Below, piece after piece: positions 1 through 7,560 of a stretch of DNA of 19,926 nucleotides. The notes under the pieces were generated by a model that did not search any database, had not been told where the DNA came from, and saw only the letters and a program-made list of their open reading frames with translations. The stretch comes from a virus (lineage: Duplodnaviria > Heunggongvirae > Uroviricota > Caudoviricetes): positions 1 through 19,926 of the IMG/VR virus record IMGVR_UViG_2802428982_000005. One strand, written 5' to 3'. The translations under genes and the position numbers were made by a program. The stretch's first letter is position 1, and the number at the start of each line of letters is the position of its first letter.

Positions 1-210
1 TCAGAATTTAACCGGAGCCGACAACTTGCGTTCGTCGCGCTGTAGGCACTTGATGCGCTGTTGCTTCCACTCGGTTGTGGAGCAGCGCTTGGCGCCGAAG
101 GTTCGGGGTGAGTGCTTCCATCGGTTGGTGTGCTCGGGGCAGTAGCGCAGCGGTGGGTGGACGAGGGTTAGGCAGTCTGTGTGTCCACAGAGCTTCGGGG
201 CTCTAGGCAT
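1..210 (-). pseudogene. HNH endonuclease (phage packaging-associated type), 5' part, apparently frameshifted
   Basis: ATG at 210 with RBS GGAAGGAG. MPRAPKLC..C.....YC.EH N-terminus and W..QR...LQRD are typical of phage HNH proteins. The frame stops at 1-3, but skipping one T at 23/24 gives K-C-R-L-R-L-N-S, which fits the RD...C.LR consensus. Confidence 0.65.
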
Positions 211-233
211 GGGTCTCCTTCCGTGGGTGTTGG

Positions 234-327
234 CCCCGCGCCCTGGTTGTCTGAGGACCAGAGTGCGGGGCCTCGGTGGCGTGGCAGCTGGGGGCGGGTG
301 GAGGACATCACCCGGTGCCGCGCCATC
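234..327 (-). terminator. Two consecutive GC-rich hairpins after the capsid gene
   Basis: ccccgc(234-239)/gcgggg(265-270) with inner ctggt/accag. ggtggcgtggca(275-286)/tgccgcgccatc(316-327) with inner gggtg/caccc. No U-tract. Confidence 0.4.
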
Positions 328-335
328 GCCTCCGT

Positions 336-1184
336 CTAGCTGCCGTCGGCGCCGATGCGAACGATGGCTTGTTCGTGCGGGTATCCGAACCCGATGCGCA
401 TGGTGGTGCGGATACCGAGCCGGTCGCTTTCGAAGTACCGGGAGCTGTCCACCACGAGGTCGGCGTCTTGTCGTACGACGACGAACAGCCGGGAGCTGTC
501 CACGGCCCAGATGACGCCGGTGTCGATCACGGTGTCGGGTACTGACCACAGTGGTACGCCGAGGATCTGTCGACGGGTGGGCAGTGTCGGATCGGCCTGG
601 AGCAGTGGTTCGTTGCTGCCGGTCTGCTTCTTGAGCTTGGACAGTGCCAGGACTGTAGAGGCGTTGGCGACGAACGCCGTCACGTTGGCACCGACGTTTT
701 CGGCCTTGGAGATTGCCTCGCTGAATGCGTCGATGTTGGTCAGCGGGACGGTGGCGGTGTTGACCAGCTGGTAGTTGGTTAGTGATTCCAGACCCGAGGG
801 GCCGTTAGACACGGTGTTACCGAAGAACGCGTCATCGAGCTTCCGCGCCAGATCCCGGGCGATGGACTGTCCGACAAGTTCGGTGGCTGCCGGTGAACTG
901 TCGTTGGCCAGCTCGTTGGAGATGATCGACAGAGCTGCCAGTTTCTTGGGGGTGACCGTGATTTCGTCTACCCCGGCGTCGGATGCGGCGATGTCCGAGC
1001 CTTCAGCGGTCCAGGCCGCAGTGGCGTCGGCGGTGACGATCGGGATACGGAAGTCGTGTGAGCCGGTGTGTACGACGGTGGCGATCTGCATTGCCACAGA
1101 TGCCTTTTCGACCGGCTGGACGACGAGTGCGCCGACTTCCTCTGGAGTGAGGATGCCTTCGGCACTCGAGGTGAGTAGTGCCAT
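336..1184 (-). CDS. Phage major capsid protein (HK97 fold)
   Basis: 282 aa with capsid motifs (AWTAEG, TPKKLAAL..IS.EL..DS, LA...D.AFF.G, LGVP, FESDR..IR...R.G). RBS GAAAGG upstream. Confidence 0.92.
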   Translation of the reverse strand: MALLTSSAEGILTPEEVGALVVQPVEKASVAMQIATVVHTGSHDFRIPIVTADATAAWTAEGSDIAASDAGVDEITVTPKKLAALSIISNELANDSSPAATELVGQSIARDLARKLDDAFFGNTVSNGPSGLESLTNYQLVNTATVPLTNIDAFSEAISKAENVGANVTAFVANASTVLALSKLKKQTGSNEPLLQADPTLPTRRQILGVPLWSVPDTVIDTGVIWAVDSSRLFVVVRQDADLVVDSSRYFESDRLGIRTTMRIGFGYPHEQAIVRIGADGS

Positions 1185-1333
1185 GGGTGTTGCCTTTCAG
1201 GTGGGTTGCACAACCGTGCGTTGATTGAGAGAACCGATCTGGGCCGTCTGGCCGTCGGTGTGCCCACCTGGGCTATGTCGTGCGTCGGGCCGGTGCAACT
1301 GCTGTGCTCGCGCCCGACGCTACGACAATTCTA

Positions 1334-1804
1334 CTACGACTTAGGCTTTGGGTTAAGCAGCTGGGACCACGACGTAGTGGACTGAGACGTGTCGATCTTG
1401 CTGTTGCCGGAGACATCGGAGGCTGGTGCCGCTGCGGGATTGAGTTTGGGCGCCCAATGCGGTTTGGCGGTGAGGATTTCAGCGATCTTGGCTTCAACCT
1501 TTTCACCGTCCACGCTGCCATCTTCTGCCAGAAGATCGGCAACATCGGCCTGGGACCACCAATCTGCCGGATCCACGACTCGACCCACGATTTGGTGTTC
1601 GACCAGTTGACGCTGCAGAGCAGTCACGGATGCGGACAGGGTTTCGACCTCACTCTTGGATGTCTGGTATTTCTTGCGCCACGACCGCGCTTCGCGGGCC
1701 AGCTCCGAGCCATCCTCTGGGGGGTCGATCGGTTCTGTCTGCGGGTTTTGTGTTGTGGCCGTGGGCTCTTCAGTGGGATCGGCGGCGGGGGTGGGCACAG
1801 TCAT
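1334..1804 (-). CDS. Putative capsid scaffolding protein
   Basis: 156 aa, acidic Pro/Thr-rich N-terminus, coiled coil (ELAREARSWRKKYQ...), KPHW motif near the C-terminus, directly upstream of the capsid gene. Confidence 0.7.
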   Translation of the reverse strand: MTVPTPAADPTEEPTATTQNPQTEPIDPPEDGSELAREARSWRKKYQTSKSEVETLSASVTALQRQLVEHQIVGRVVDPADWWSQADVADLLAEDGSVDGEKVEAKIAEILTAKPHWAPKLNPAAAPASDVSGNSKIDTSQSTTSWSQLLNPKPKS

Positions 1805-2230
1805 TTACTTCTCCTCTTCTTGTTGGGTCCAAATGGCTGCAGCACGACGGAGTTCAGCCAGATTGTGTGGATTGGTGCGCAGCCCGAGCGCCTGAGTGGC
1901 GTGCTCGGCGACAGCGGCAAGTAGGTGGTGCAAGCGTCCGTCGCGGGCAGCCTCTTGCATTGGGGGTTCGAACACTGCCGGGTCGCCAGTGGCCCAGCCC
2001 GCCAGGAATGTGGTGGCTCGTCGGAGATCTCGAGGATGAGGGGTGTGGTCAGGGTCATCGACCGGCTGACCAATCGCCGTCAGGTACAGCGCACCTGTCA
2101 GTGCGGCCGGGCTGCCGGTCCACCGATCCTGCAAATCGCTCAGGGTCAGGCCCTCGCCTCGGCGGGCACGGGTGATGAACTCGTTGACGAGCTGAACGGC
2201 GCTATCGAATTCGGTCTCTGGGTTAGGCAT
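1805..2230 (-). CDS. Hypothetical protein (141 aa)
   Basis: Abuts the scaffold start (TAA-ATG). Overlaps the stop of the upstream gene by 8 bp. Confidence 0.75.
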   Translation of the reverse strand: MPNPETEFDSAVQLVNEFITRARRGEGLTLSDLQDRWTGSPAALTGALYLTAIGQPVDDPDHTPHPRDLRRATTFLAGWATGDPAVFEPPMQEAARDGRLHHLLAAVAEHATQALGLRTNPHNLAELRRAAAIWTQQEEEK

Positions 2231-2456
2231 CGAGTTCTTCCTTCAATCGTTGGTTTTCAACCGCGACGGTGATTGCGGCGGCAAGTTCTAGTGCTGCACC
2301 CTGGGTTAGGGTGATGCCATCGCCTACGTGGACGGCGGCGCCATCGACGGTGACGGCGGGTGGCGTCTGCGATCTGCACTGAAGACACTGCCGATCAGGA
2401 TGATGGGTGCGGCGCCTGCACAGCTTGCAGCGCCTGGCATAGCGACGGTGGGTCAT
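2223..2456 (-). CDS. Small Cys-rich (putative zinc-binding) protein, 77 aa
   Basis: ATGA overlap with the replication gene stop. CKLC...CLQC motif. The track start at 2618 is probably too long. Confidence 0.65.
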   Translation of the reverse strand: MTHRRYARRCKLCRRRTHHPDRQCLQCRSQTPPAVTVDGAAVHVGDGITLTQGAALELAAAITVAVENQRLKEELDA

Positions 2457-4000
2457 CCAGCTCTCCTGCGGTCGTAGTTGCGCTTTGCTATGGCTTCGCT
2501 GTGTACGACCACGGCAGCCGGTTCGGGCACGGCACGGGTCGGCACCGGGGCCTCGGGGACGCCGTCGCAGTCGTCGCAGAACTCCCCGGTAGATGCCGCT
2601 GGCAGGATGACTGAGCAACGTTTACACATCATCGACTTAACCTGCTTCTTGGTCAGTTTCGGCGTAGGCGGACTATCGGGGATGACAGTCATTGAACTGG
2701 ACTTTCCCTCTGGACTGTCACCCGCAGCAGGTACAGGGTGTACCTCAGGTACACGGTCTTTCACCTGCAAATTCTGCGGGTGTACCCCAGGTACAGGGTG
2801 TACCTCAGGGACCATCCGATACCGGGTGCCGCGATCAACCTCTATAGCCAGGACTCTGCCCTCATCGGCTAATTCGGCCAACGCTGCGCCGAGGTGATCA
2901 CGAAGATCGGCTTTGAGCTTTGATCGAATCTCATTGGTAGGCAGCTCGTTGGCTCTCGCCAGCCACCGAAGCACCGCATCCTTGGCCCGCTGTAGTTTGC
3001 GGTCTGAGACGATTTCCTCTCGGTCGGCAGTGGCGTGGGCGCGTGCTCGGTTGGCTGCCTGACCGATCTTCTGGGCCTCATTGAGCATCCACTCGCGGGT
3101 GGTGTTGGACATCGCCATCACCGACGCCGACAGCTGCCAGTCCAGTTCGGAGACCACCGACCGCTGGTGCAGGATGGCCAGCAGCGCAGCTACCTTGCAG
3201 CGGGTGAGCATGGCGTGGCCGTCGAGTGCATCGGCTTCTCCGCGCTGGCGTGCCAGGTGTGCCGAGATGATCGTCTGGCTGATCTCGGCGGGGCCGTAGG
3301 TGATCTCCACGGCGCCGTTGTCTGCCTTCCATGCGGGCAGCTTGGTGTTGAGCGGAGCCGGTTCTGTCGGGGCTTCGGCGGGCATGGTCGGGTCGGTGGT
3401 GGGCATCCACAGAATCCGTTGCGGGGTGCCGCCGGTGGTGTCGTTGAAGAGCACGCCGGTATGTCCGGGTTGGGCGCCGATGCTCAGTCCTAGCCGGTAC
3501 GTGTGGGGCTCGACTATGCGGGTCGTTGCCGCGCTGGCATTCGTCTGTCCCAGTAGCTCGCCCATCAGTGCCGCCTTGAGCGTGGCCAAGATGGTGGAGC
3601 CCTGACGTGATGCAGTGCCGGCCAGCTGGTCGATCTCGGGCACGGAGATCAGCGCCCGGGTGATGTGCTCGCGTTCCTCCTTTTCGCGGGGTTGGCGGAA
3701 CACCTCGGCGATACCCTCTCCGCTACCGAGAGGCCGCTCCAGGATCGGTGTCGGCCACGCGGCACGAGACACCTTGTCGGTGATGCCCTTACCGCCGCCG
3801 CTGGGTGAGCAGAACGCCACGGCCAGGTTCAGTGAGGCTTGCCCACCGATGAGGCCAGGGAGGCGAACCTCCGGTCCCGTCGATACCGACACCCGCAGCA
3901 GGACTCCACCGAGCACGCCCCACGGAGCCGCGTACCGGGCGCGCGCCCAGGTGTAGATGGTGTTCAACTCTTTGGTGGCGTCGAAGAATTCGTTCTTCAC
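2453..4000 (-). CDS. P-loop replication ATPase/helicase (DUF3987/YfjI-like) with winged-helix-like region and C-terminal Cys4 motif
   Basis: 515 aa. Walker A-like SPSGGGKG, Walker B-like LISVPEID, C-terminal CKRC...CDDC. GTG start with RBS AAGGAG. Occupies the rep position of PICI/phiRv elements. Confidence 0.7.
   Translation of the reverse strand: MKNEFFDATKELNTIYTWARARYAAPWGVLGGVLLRVSVSTGPEVRLPGLIGGQASLNLAVAFCSPSGGGKGITDKVSRAAWPTPILERPLGSGEGIAEVFRQPREKEEREHITRALISVPEIDQLAGTASRQGSTILATLKAALMGELLGQTNASAATTRIVEPHTYRLGLSIGAQPGHTGVLFNDTTGGTPQRILWMPTTDPTMPAEAPTEPAPLNTKLPAWKADNGAVEITYGPAEISQTIISAHLARQRGEADALDGHAMLTRCKVAALLAILHQRSVVSELDWQLSASVMAMSNTTREWMLNEAQKIGQAANRARAHATADREEIVSDRKLQRAKDAVLRWLARANELPTNEIRSKLKADLRDHLGAALAELADEGRVLAIEVDRGTRYRMVPEVHPVPGVHPQNLQVKDRVPEVHPVPAAGDSPEGKSSSMTVIPDSPPTPKLTKKQVKSMMCKRCSVILPAASTGEFCDDCDGVPEAPVPTRAVPEPAAVVVHSEAIAKRNYDRRRAG
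2728..2809. repeat. Iteron-like repeats within the replication gene (candidate origin)
   Basis: 22-bp CAGGTACAGGGTGTACCTCAGG at 2728-2749 and 2788-2809 (60 bp apart), plus GGGTGTACCCCAGGTACA at 2778-2795. Each 22-mer contains the palindrome AGGTACA-ggg-TGTACCT. Confidence 0.6.
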
Positions 4001-4314
4001 GCGATCTCCTTATTCATGGGTATGTACGCGTCACCGCGGCCGTTGCGTATCGCTGAGGCGATAGCGGACCAGTCGGCGGCACGAGAAATGTCTTGGGATG
4101 CTTGGGCTCGCGATGCCTGCTCGGTGTCCATCCGCAGGGCGTGGTGCCGTGCAGCGTCGAGTACGGCGGCGAGCTTGGCCGGATCGGTGGGGTCAAGTAG
4201 CTGCCAGGCGGGGGTGCCAGCTTGCGGCCAGCACCCCACCTCCTGCAGCAGCGGTTGCACGAACTCGTGTACCGCCCACCAATCAACTTGTTTCGAGGTG
4301 AAATCGTCCGTCAC
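3997..4314 (-). CDS. DUF2742-family protein (Rv2656c/Rv1583c-like phiRv protein)
   Basis: WWAVHEFV.P......WP.AGTPAW..L...DP.K.AA..DAARH.ALR..T.Q.....AS..IS.AADW closely matches recalled Rv2656c. GTGA overlaps at both ends. Confidence 0.85.
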   Translation of the reverse strand: MTDDFTSKQVDWWAVHEFVQPLLQEVGCWPQAGTPAWQLLDPTDPAKLAAVLDAARHHALRMDTEQASRAQASQDISRAADWSAIASAIRNGRGDAYIPMNKEIA

Positions 4315-4691
4315 GGCACCGCCTTGATGTCGGGCAGCACGATCTCCTTGAAGTACTTCGGCACCGCTGCCAGGGTTACCGCTGCGGCGTGTTCGTTGGC
4401 CCGCAGCAGTAGCTCCTCTAAGTCGTGTGCCTCGGTCAGCCGCATGTCGATCTGGGTATCGAGATCCCGTGGCCCGCCTTGGATGTGGATGATCACGCGC
4501 GGGGCGCCGTCACCTTCTCTTTCGTTGAAGTGCACCCCGGCACCGATCGACAGCGGCTTTTGGTCGTCATCGAGATTGAAGGGTGTCCCGTCGCCGAGGG
4601 TCGGTAAGACGTAGGTGATGCGCTGATGATCACCGCGGCAGTCCGGTGACCCGCCGGTGCACCACGTGAATCCTCTGGTGCAGCTGTTCAT
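4311..4691 (-). CDS. Hypothetical protein (126 aa) with Cys/His-containing N-terminus
   Basis: ATGA overlap at 4688-4691 and GTGA overlap at 4311-4314. Confidence 0.7.
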   Translation of the reverse strand: MNSCTRGFTWCTGGSPDCRGDHQRITYVLPTLGDGTPFNLDDDQKPLSIGAGVHFNEREGDGAPRVIIHIQGGPRDLDTQIDMRLTEAHDLEELLLRANEHAAAVTLAAVPKYFKEIVLPDIKAVP

Positions 4692-5020
4692 CGAGCACCA
4701 CCGATCCATAAGTCGGCCAGGTCGGCAGCATCCGTCAACGCCTTGGCAACAGCTCGGGCATCGGCAATTTCGTAGGCGGTATCCCAGAGGTACACCCGAG
4801 GCGCGAGGCCGGGGTTGTCGGTAACGACTGTTCCGTCCGGGCGCTGAGCAATTACTGCCTGAACATTGTGGTTGGCCAGACGCTCAGGCAAGGGCATCGT
4901 GTTCGACCAGACCAAGCGGGCGAATCCTGCGTCGCCCTGGTCCTCGAAATCGCGCTCGCTCATCTCGTCGTCGGCGCCCGCTGGCAATGGCACGTCGGTG
5001 GCGGTAGGTATAGTGTTCAT
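4688..5020 (-). CDS. Hypothetical protein (110 aa)
   Basis: RBS GAAAGGA upstream. Translationally coupled to the next gene. Confidence 0.75.
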   Translation of the reverse strand: MNTIPTATDVPLPAGADDEMSERDFEDQGDAGFARLVWSNTMPLPERLANHNVQAVIAQRPDGTVVTDNPGLAPRVYLWDTAYEIADARAVAKALTDAADLADLWIGGAR

Positions 5021-5181
5021 CAGAGATCGATTCCTTTCATGGGAATTGATTGGTTGCCCTCGACCTGGTGCTTGGCAGTGCTGGTCGGGGGCAGTTCTTT
5101 TTTCGGACGTAGATCCGGGGTTCGGTCGGCCTCTAAATCAAGGCCAAGGTCGCAGTGCTCGGCCTGCGGCAGTCGTCGCAT
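5020..5181 (-). CDS. Small hypothetical protein (53 aa)
   Basis: Not in the ORF track. MRRLPQAEH...MKGIDL starts immediately after the xis stop (TAA-ATG) and ends in a TGATG overlap with the next start. Confidence 0.45.
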   Translation of the reverse strand: MRRLPQAEHCDLGLDLEADRTPDLRPKKELPPTSTAKHQVEGNQSIPMKGIDL

Positions 5182-5346
5182 TTAGACCGCCTCCAATTTG
5201 GCGATGTATTCGGCCAGCTGGTCATCCGTCGAGAACCGACGGCGCCCGATAGTGACGCTGGCCAGTTCCTTTGATCGCCACAGACGGCGGACTGTGGACC
5301 TGCTTACGCCGCCGAGTGCGAGCTGTACGGCGGGGCAATCGTTCAT
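5182..5346 (-). CDS. xis: Excisionase / recombination directionality factor (winged HTH, AlpA/MerR-like), 54 aa
   Basis: Not in the ORF track. MNDCPAVQLALGGVSRSTVRRLWRSKELASVTIGRRRFSTDDQLAEYIAKLEAV, with RBS AGGAGG, is the first gene divergent from the repressor. Confidence 0.8.
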   Translation of the reverse strand: MNDCPAVQLALGGVSRSTVRRLWRSKELASVTIGRRRFSTDDQLAEYIAKLEAV

Positions 5347-5368
5347 CTTCCCTCCTGATTATTCCTGA

Positions 5369-5387
5369 CACGAAGAGAACCTTCGTG
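5369..5387. promoter_or_regulatory. Inverted repeat, candidate repressor operator between divergent xis and repressor
   Basis: CACGAAG-agaac-CTTCGTG perfect 7-bp inverted repeat. Confidence 0.5.
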
Positions 5388-5439
5388 AATCTTGCGTGAC
5401 ACGTAGGACATTACTCCAGTATTCGACAGACGCAAGGAT

Positions 5440-6069
5440 TTGACCGATACTCAGCGTGTGGAGAATCAACGAGACGACAGCTGGGCGTCCGAACTGGTTA
5501 AACGGGTGGGCAAGGCCATGAAGGAGGCGCGTGGCGGCAGATCGGCCACATGGCTCAGCGACAAGACAGCAGAGCTGGGCTACCGGATTCCCGCGACGGT
5601 TATATCCAAGCTCGACTCTGGATGGCGCGGCAGTGTCCTTAGCGTGCCAGAGCTCGTTGTGCTTGCCGCCGCACTAGACATGGCGCCCGTCGCGCTCCTG
5701 TACCCGACGCTCCCAGACGGGAAGGTGGAGCTTCTACCGGGGAAGCCTGCCCGCTCACTGGATGCAGTGGAGTGGTTTTGCGGACACACACCGCGGTCCG
5801 AGATTGATGATGCGGGCGACCTAGACCCAGTCCGTATGGACTCCGAAGTGGCCAACCTCCGACGACTGCGACATTCCCGCATCCGGGAATCCCTTCGGAA
5901 GACGCTTCGCACGGCGCTGAGTAGTGAGCAAATTTCTCAGGCGTTCGCCGATGCAGGAGAGGTTGACTCCAATCCGCAGGCGATCAGGGGAATGATTGAG
6001 ATCTACCAGGAGAGGCTGGAACGTATGGAGGCTGAAATAGCTGCTCGGGGATGGGATATCGATGCCTAG
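5440..6069 (+). CDS. XRE-family HTH repressor of the satellite
   Basis: N-terminal HTH (VGKAMKEAR...SATWLSDKTAELG..I..TVISKL.SG.R...LSV.ELVVLA.AL). Overlaps the integrase start by 8 bp. The exact start codon is uncertain. Confidence 0.8.
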   Translation: MTDTQRVENQRDDSWASELVKRVGKAMKEARGGRSATWLSDKTAELGYRIPATVISKLDSGWRGSVLSVPELVVLAAALDMAPVALLYPTLPDGKVELLPGKPARSLDAVEWFCGHTPRSEIDDAGDLDPVRMDSEVANLRRLRHSRIRESLRKTLRTALSSEQISQAFADAGEVDSNPQAIRGMIEIYQERLERMEAEIAARGWDIDA

Positions 6070-7225
6070 GGAACGACTACGGCCTGGCGAGCACGGCCGC
6101 ATCGCCGAACGGTCCTCTGCTGGCAAGTTTTTCGCCAGCACCTACGTTCGTGATTCGGATGGCAAGCGGCGGCGCGTGGAACGATCAAGCGAGAAGTCTG
6201 CCGAAGACGCGCGCCGTATCTTGCAGCGGCACTTGGTAAAACGTCGCCCGCCAAAAGCCGGTCAGGTGGTGAATGAAAAAACCGTCCTCGGCGACCTGTT
6301 CGACTTGTGGGTCGAAGCGAAGGCTGCCGAGGACGGCGTTAAGCAACAGACAGTTGATCAGTATCGGGCGGTGTGGAAGACGCACGGCGCCGCGCAGCTG
6401 GGCTCATTACGCGTCACCGAACTGGAGACCCAAGACGCCCACAACTACATCCAGGGCATGGCGTCCAAGAGTCAGGCCAAACGGCTACGGATGGTGCTGA
6501 CAGGCATGTACTCGATGGCATGTCGGTTCGACGTGATGCCCGTCAATCCGATGCGCGAAACGAAGACAGTCAGCACCGGCAGGAGAAAACCTCGCTCAGC
6601 CGACGCGACGGAGCTTAGGCAGATCCGTGCCGCCGTACGCGAGTACGCCGACCGGAAGGGTCCGGGGCCGCGCCCTGGTCGTCTGCTGCCTGCGTTCGTG
6701 GATCTCCTCGTCGCCACCGGGTGCCGACCCAACGAAGTGTTGGCCACCCGCTGGTGCGACGTAGACCTTCTCGCTGACCCGCCAACTCTCACCATCACCG
6801 GTACGTTGATCGACCACGGTCGTGTCGCCGGGGTGCCGCTGCATCGGCAGGACGAGCGCAAGGCGGATGCTCCCGACCATACCGTGATCTTGCCCAAGTT
6901 CGGTGTAGAGACGCTGACGGCGCTAATCGGGGAGTCAGGCATGGACGGCCCTGTGTTCGCCAACCGAGACGGCGGCTGGATGAGCCTAGCCAATCTACGG
7001 CGCGCCCTGCGCGCCGCGCTGCCGGAGGAACTAAGTTGGGTCACCCCCCACAGCTTCCGTCGCACGGTCGCCACGGTCATCCGCGACGAGCTCGGCTCGG
7101 ACAAGGCGCGGCAGCAGCTCTCCCACGCCAAGCTGGCGACCACCGAGGCTCACTACCTACAGCGCCAAACTCAAGGCCCGGATGCGCGCGGTGCGCTGGA
7201 ACAGTACTGGGAAAGTAGCGCCTGA
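6062..7225 (+). CDS. int: Tyrosine integrase with N-terminal arm-binding region
   Basis: Catalytic motifs TGCRPNE (R), HSFRR (HxxR), LSH and HY (Tyr). Adjacent to the att core. Confidence 0.95.
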   Translation: MPRERLRPGEHGRIAERSSAGKFFASTYVRDSDGKRRRVERSSEKSAEDARRILQRHLVKRRPPKAGQVVNEKTVLGDLFDLWVEAKAAEDGVKQQTVDQYRAVWKTHGAAQLGSLRVTELETQDAHNYIQGMASKSQAKRLRMVLTGMYSMACRFDVMPVNPMRETKTVSTGRRKPRSADATELRQIRAAVREYADRKGPGPRPGRLLPAFVDLLVATGCRPNEVLATRWCDVDLLADPPTLTITGTLIDHGRVAGVPLHRQDERKADAPDHTVILPKFGVETLTALIGESGMDGPVFANRDGGWMSLANLRRALRAALPEELSWVTPHSFRRTVATVIRDELGSDKARQQLSHAKLATTEAHYLQRQTQGPDARGALEQYWESSA

Positions 7226-7244
7226 AAGTAGCGGGAAAGTATCA
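7211..7244 (+). repeat. Integrase arm-type binding repeats
   Basis: GAAAGTAGCG at 7211 and 7224, GAAAGTATCA at 7235, about 50 bp from the att core. Confidence 0.6.
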
Positions 7245-7293
7245 GATGGTGGGCGTGTCGCCCAGGCGGATAATTACTGTATTGCCTGATAAA

Positions 7294-7330
7294 TGGTGCG
7301 CCCGAAGGGATTCGAACCCCTAACCTTCTG
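7294..7330 (-). other. att core: 3' fragment of a tRNA (most likely tRNA-Arg(ACG))
   Basis: The minus strand reads CAGAAGGTTAGGGGTTCGAATCCCTTCGGGCGCACCA (T-arm, acceptor 3' strand, CCA). This matches the recalled mycobacterial tRNA-Arg(ACG). The anticodon region degenerates (CTACTGA vs CTACGGA) and the 5' half is missing. Confidence 0.85.
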
Positions 7331-7560
7331 GTCAGTAGTTCGAAACCCGTTGACCTGCATCGACACCGAGCCTACAGACCTAGTAGCGCACCGCAGCAGG
7401 CGGCGCGCAGCAGAACTCGAAGCCGATGCCGCATGACGCTACGGGTCTGGTTACGCATGTTTGCTGAATTCGACTGCCAGATGATCGGATCTTGCAGTTT
7501 GATAACAAACCCCTTGGAAATATCTGTGAATTTCCGACTTCGATTTACGGTTCCGCTCTA

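Larger units (their letters stand above)
1..7330. mobile_element. Phage satellite / PICI-like (phiRv1/phiRv2-like) element; left end lies outside the window
   Basis: Gene order int + repressor / divergent xis - small genes - DUF2742 - replication ATPase - scaffold - capsid - HNH. It ends at a tRNA-derived att core. No tail or lysis genes in the visible part. Confidence 0.8.

Noticed and set aside
1-24. Insertion sequence end interrupting the HNH gene (GGCTCCGGTTAAATT looks superficially ISL3-like)
   Set aside because: A one-base frameshift restores an HNH-consensus reading (CRLRL), which is simpler. No IS evidence is visible.
2728-2809. CRISPR array
   Set aside because: Only two to three repeats, in frame within a coding gene, no unique spacers of regular length and no cas genes.
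2842-2850. Further copies of the GTATAG-N4-CTATAC operator (TATAG at 2843 and near 5008)
   Set aside because: Half-sites only, inside coding sequence, with no symmetric partner.
7294-7370. Complete tRNA gene
   Set aside because: Only the T-arm and acceptor 3' strand are present. No D-arm or 5' acceptor strand can be paired.
7497-7535. Chromosomal dif site for XerC/XerD
   Set aside because: Does not match the recalled actinobacterial dif consensus, and the neighbouring recombinase is Rv2646-like rather than XerC/D.
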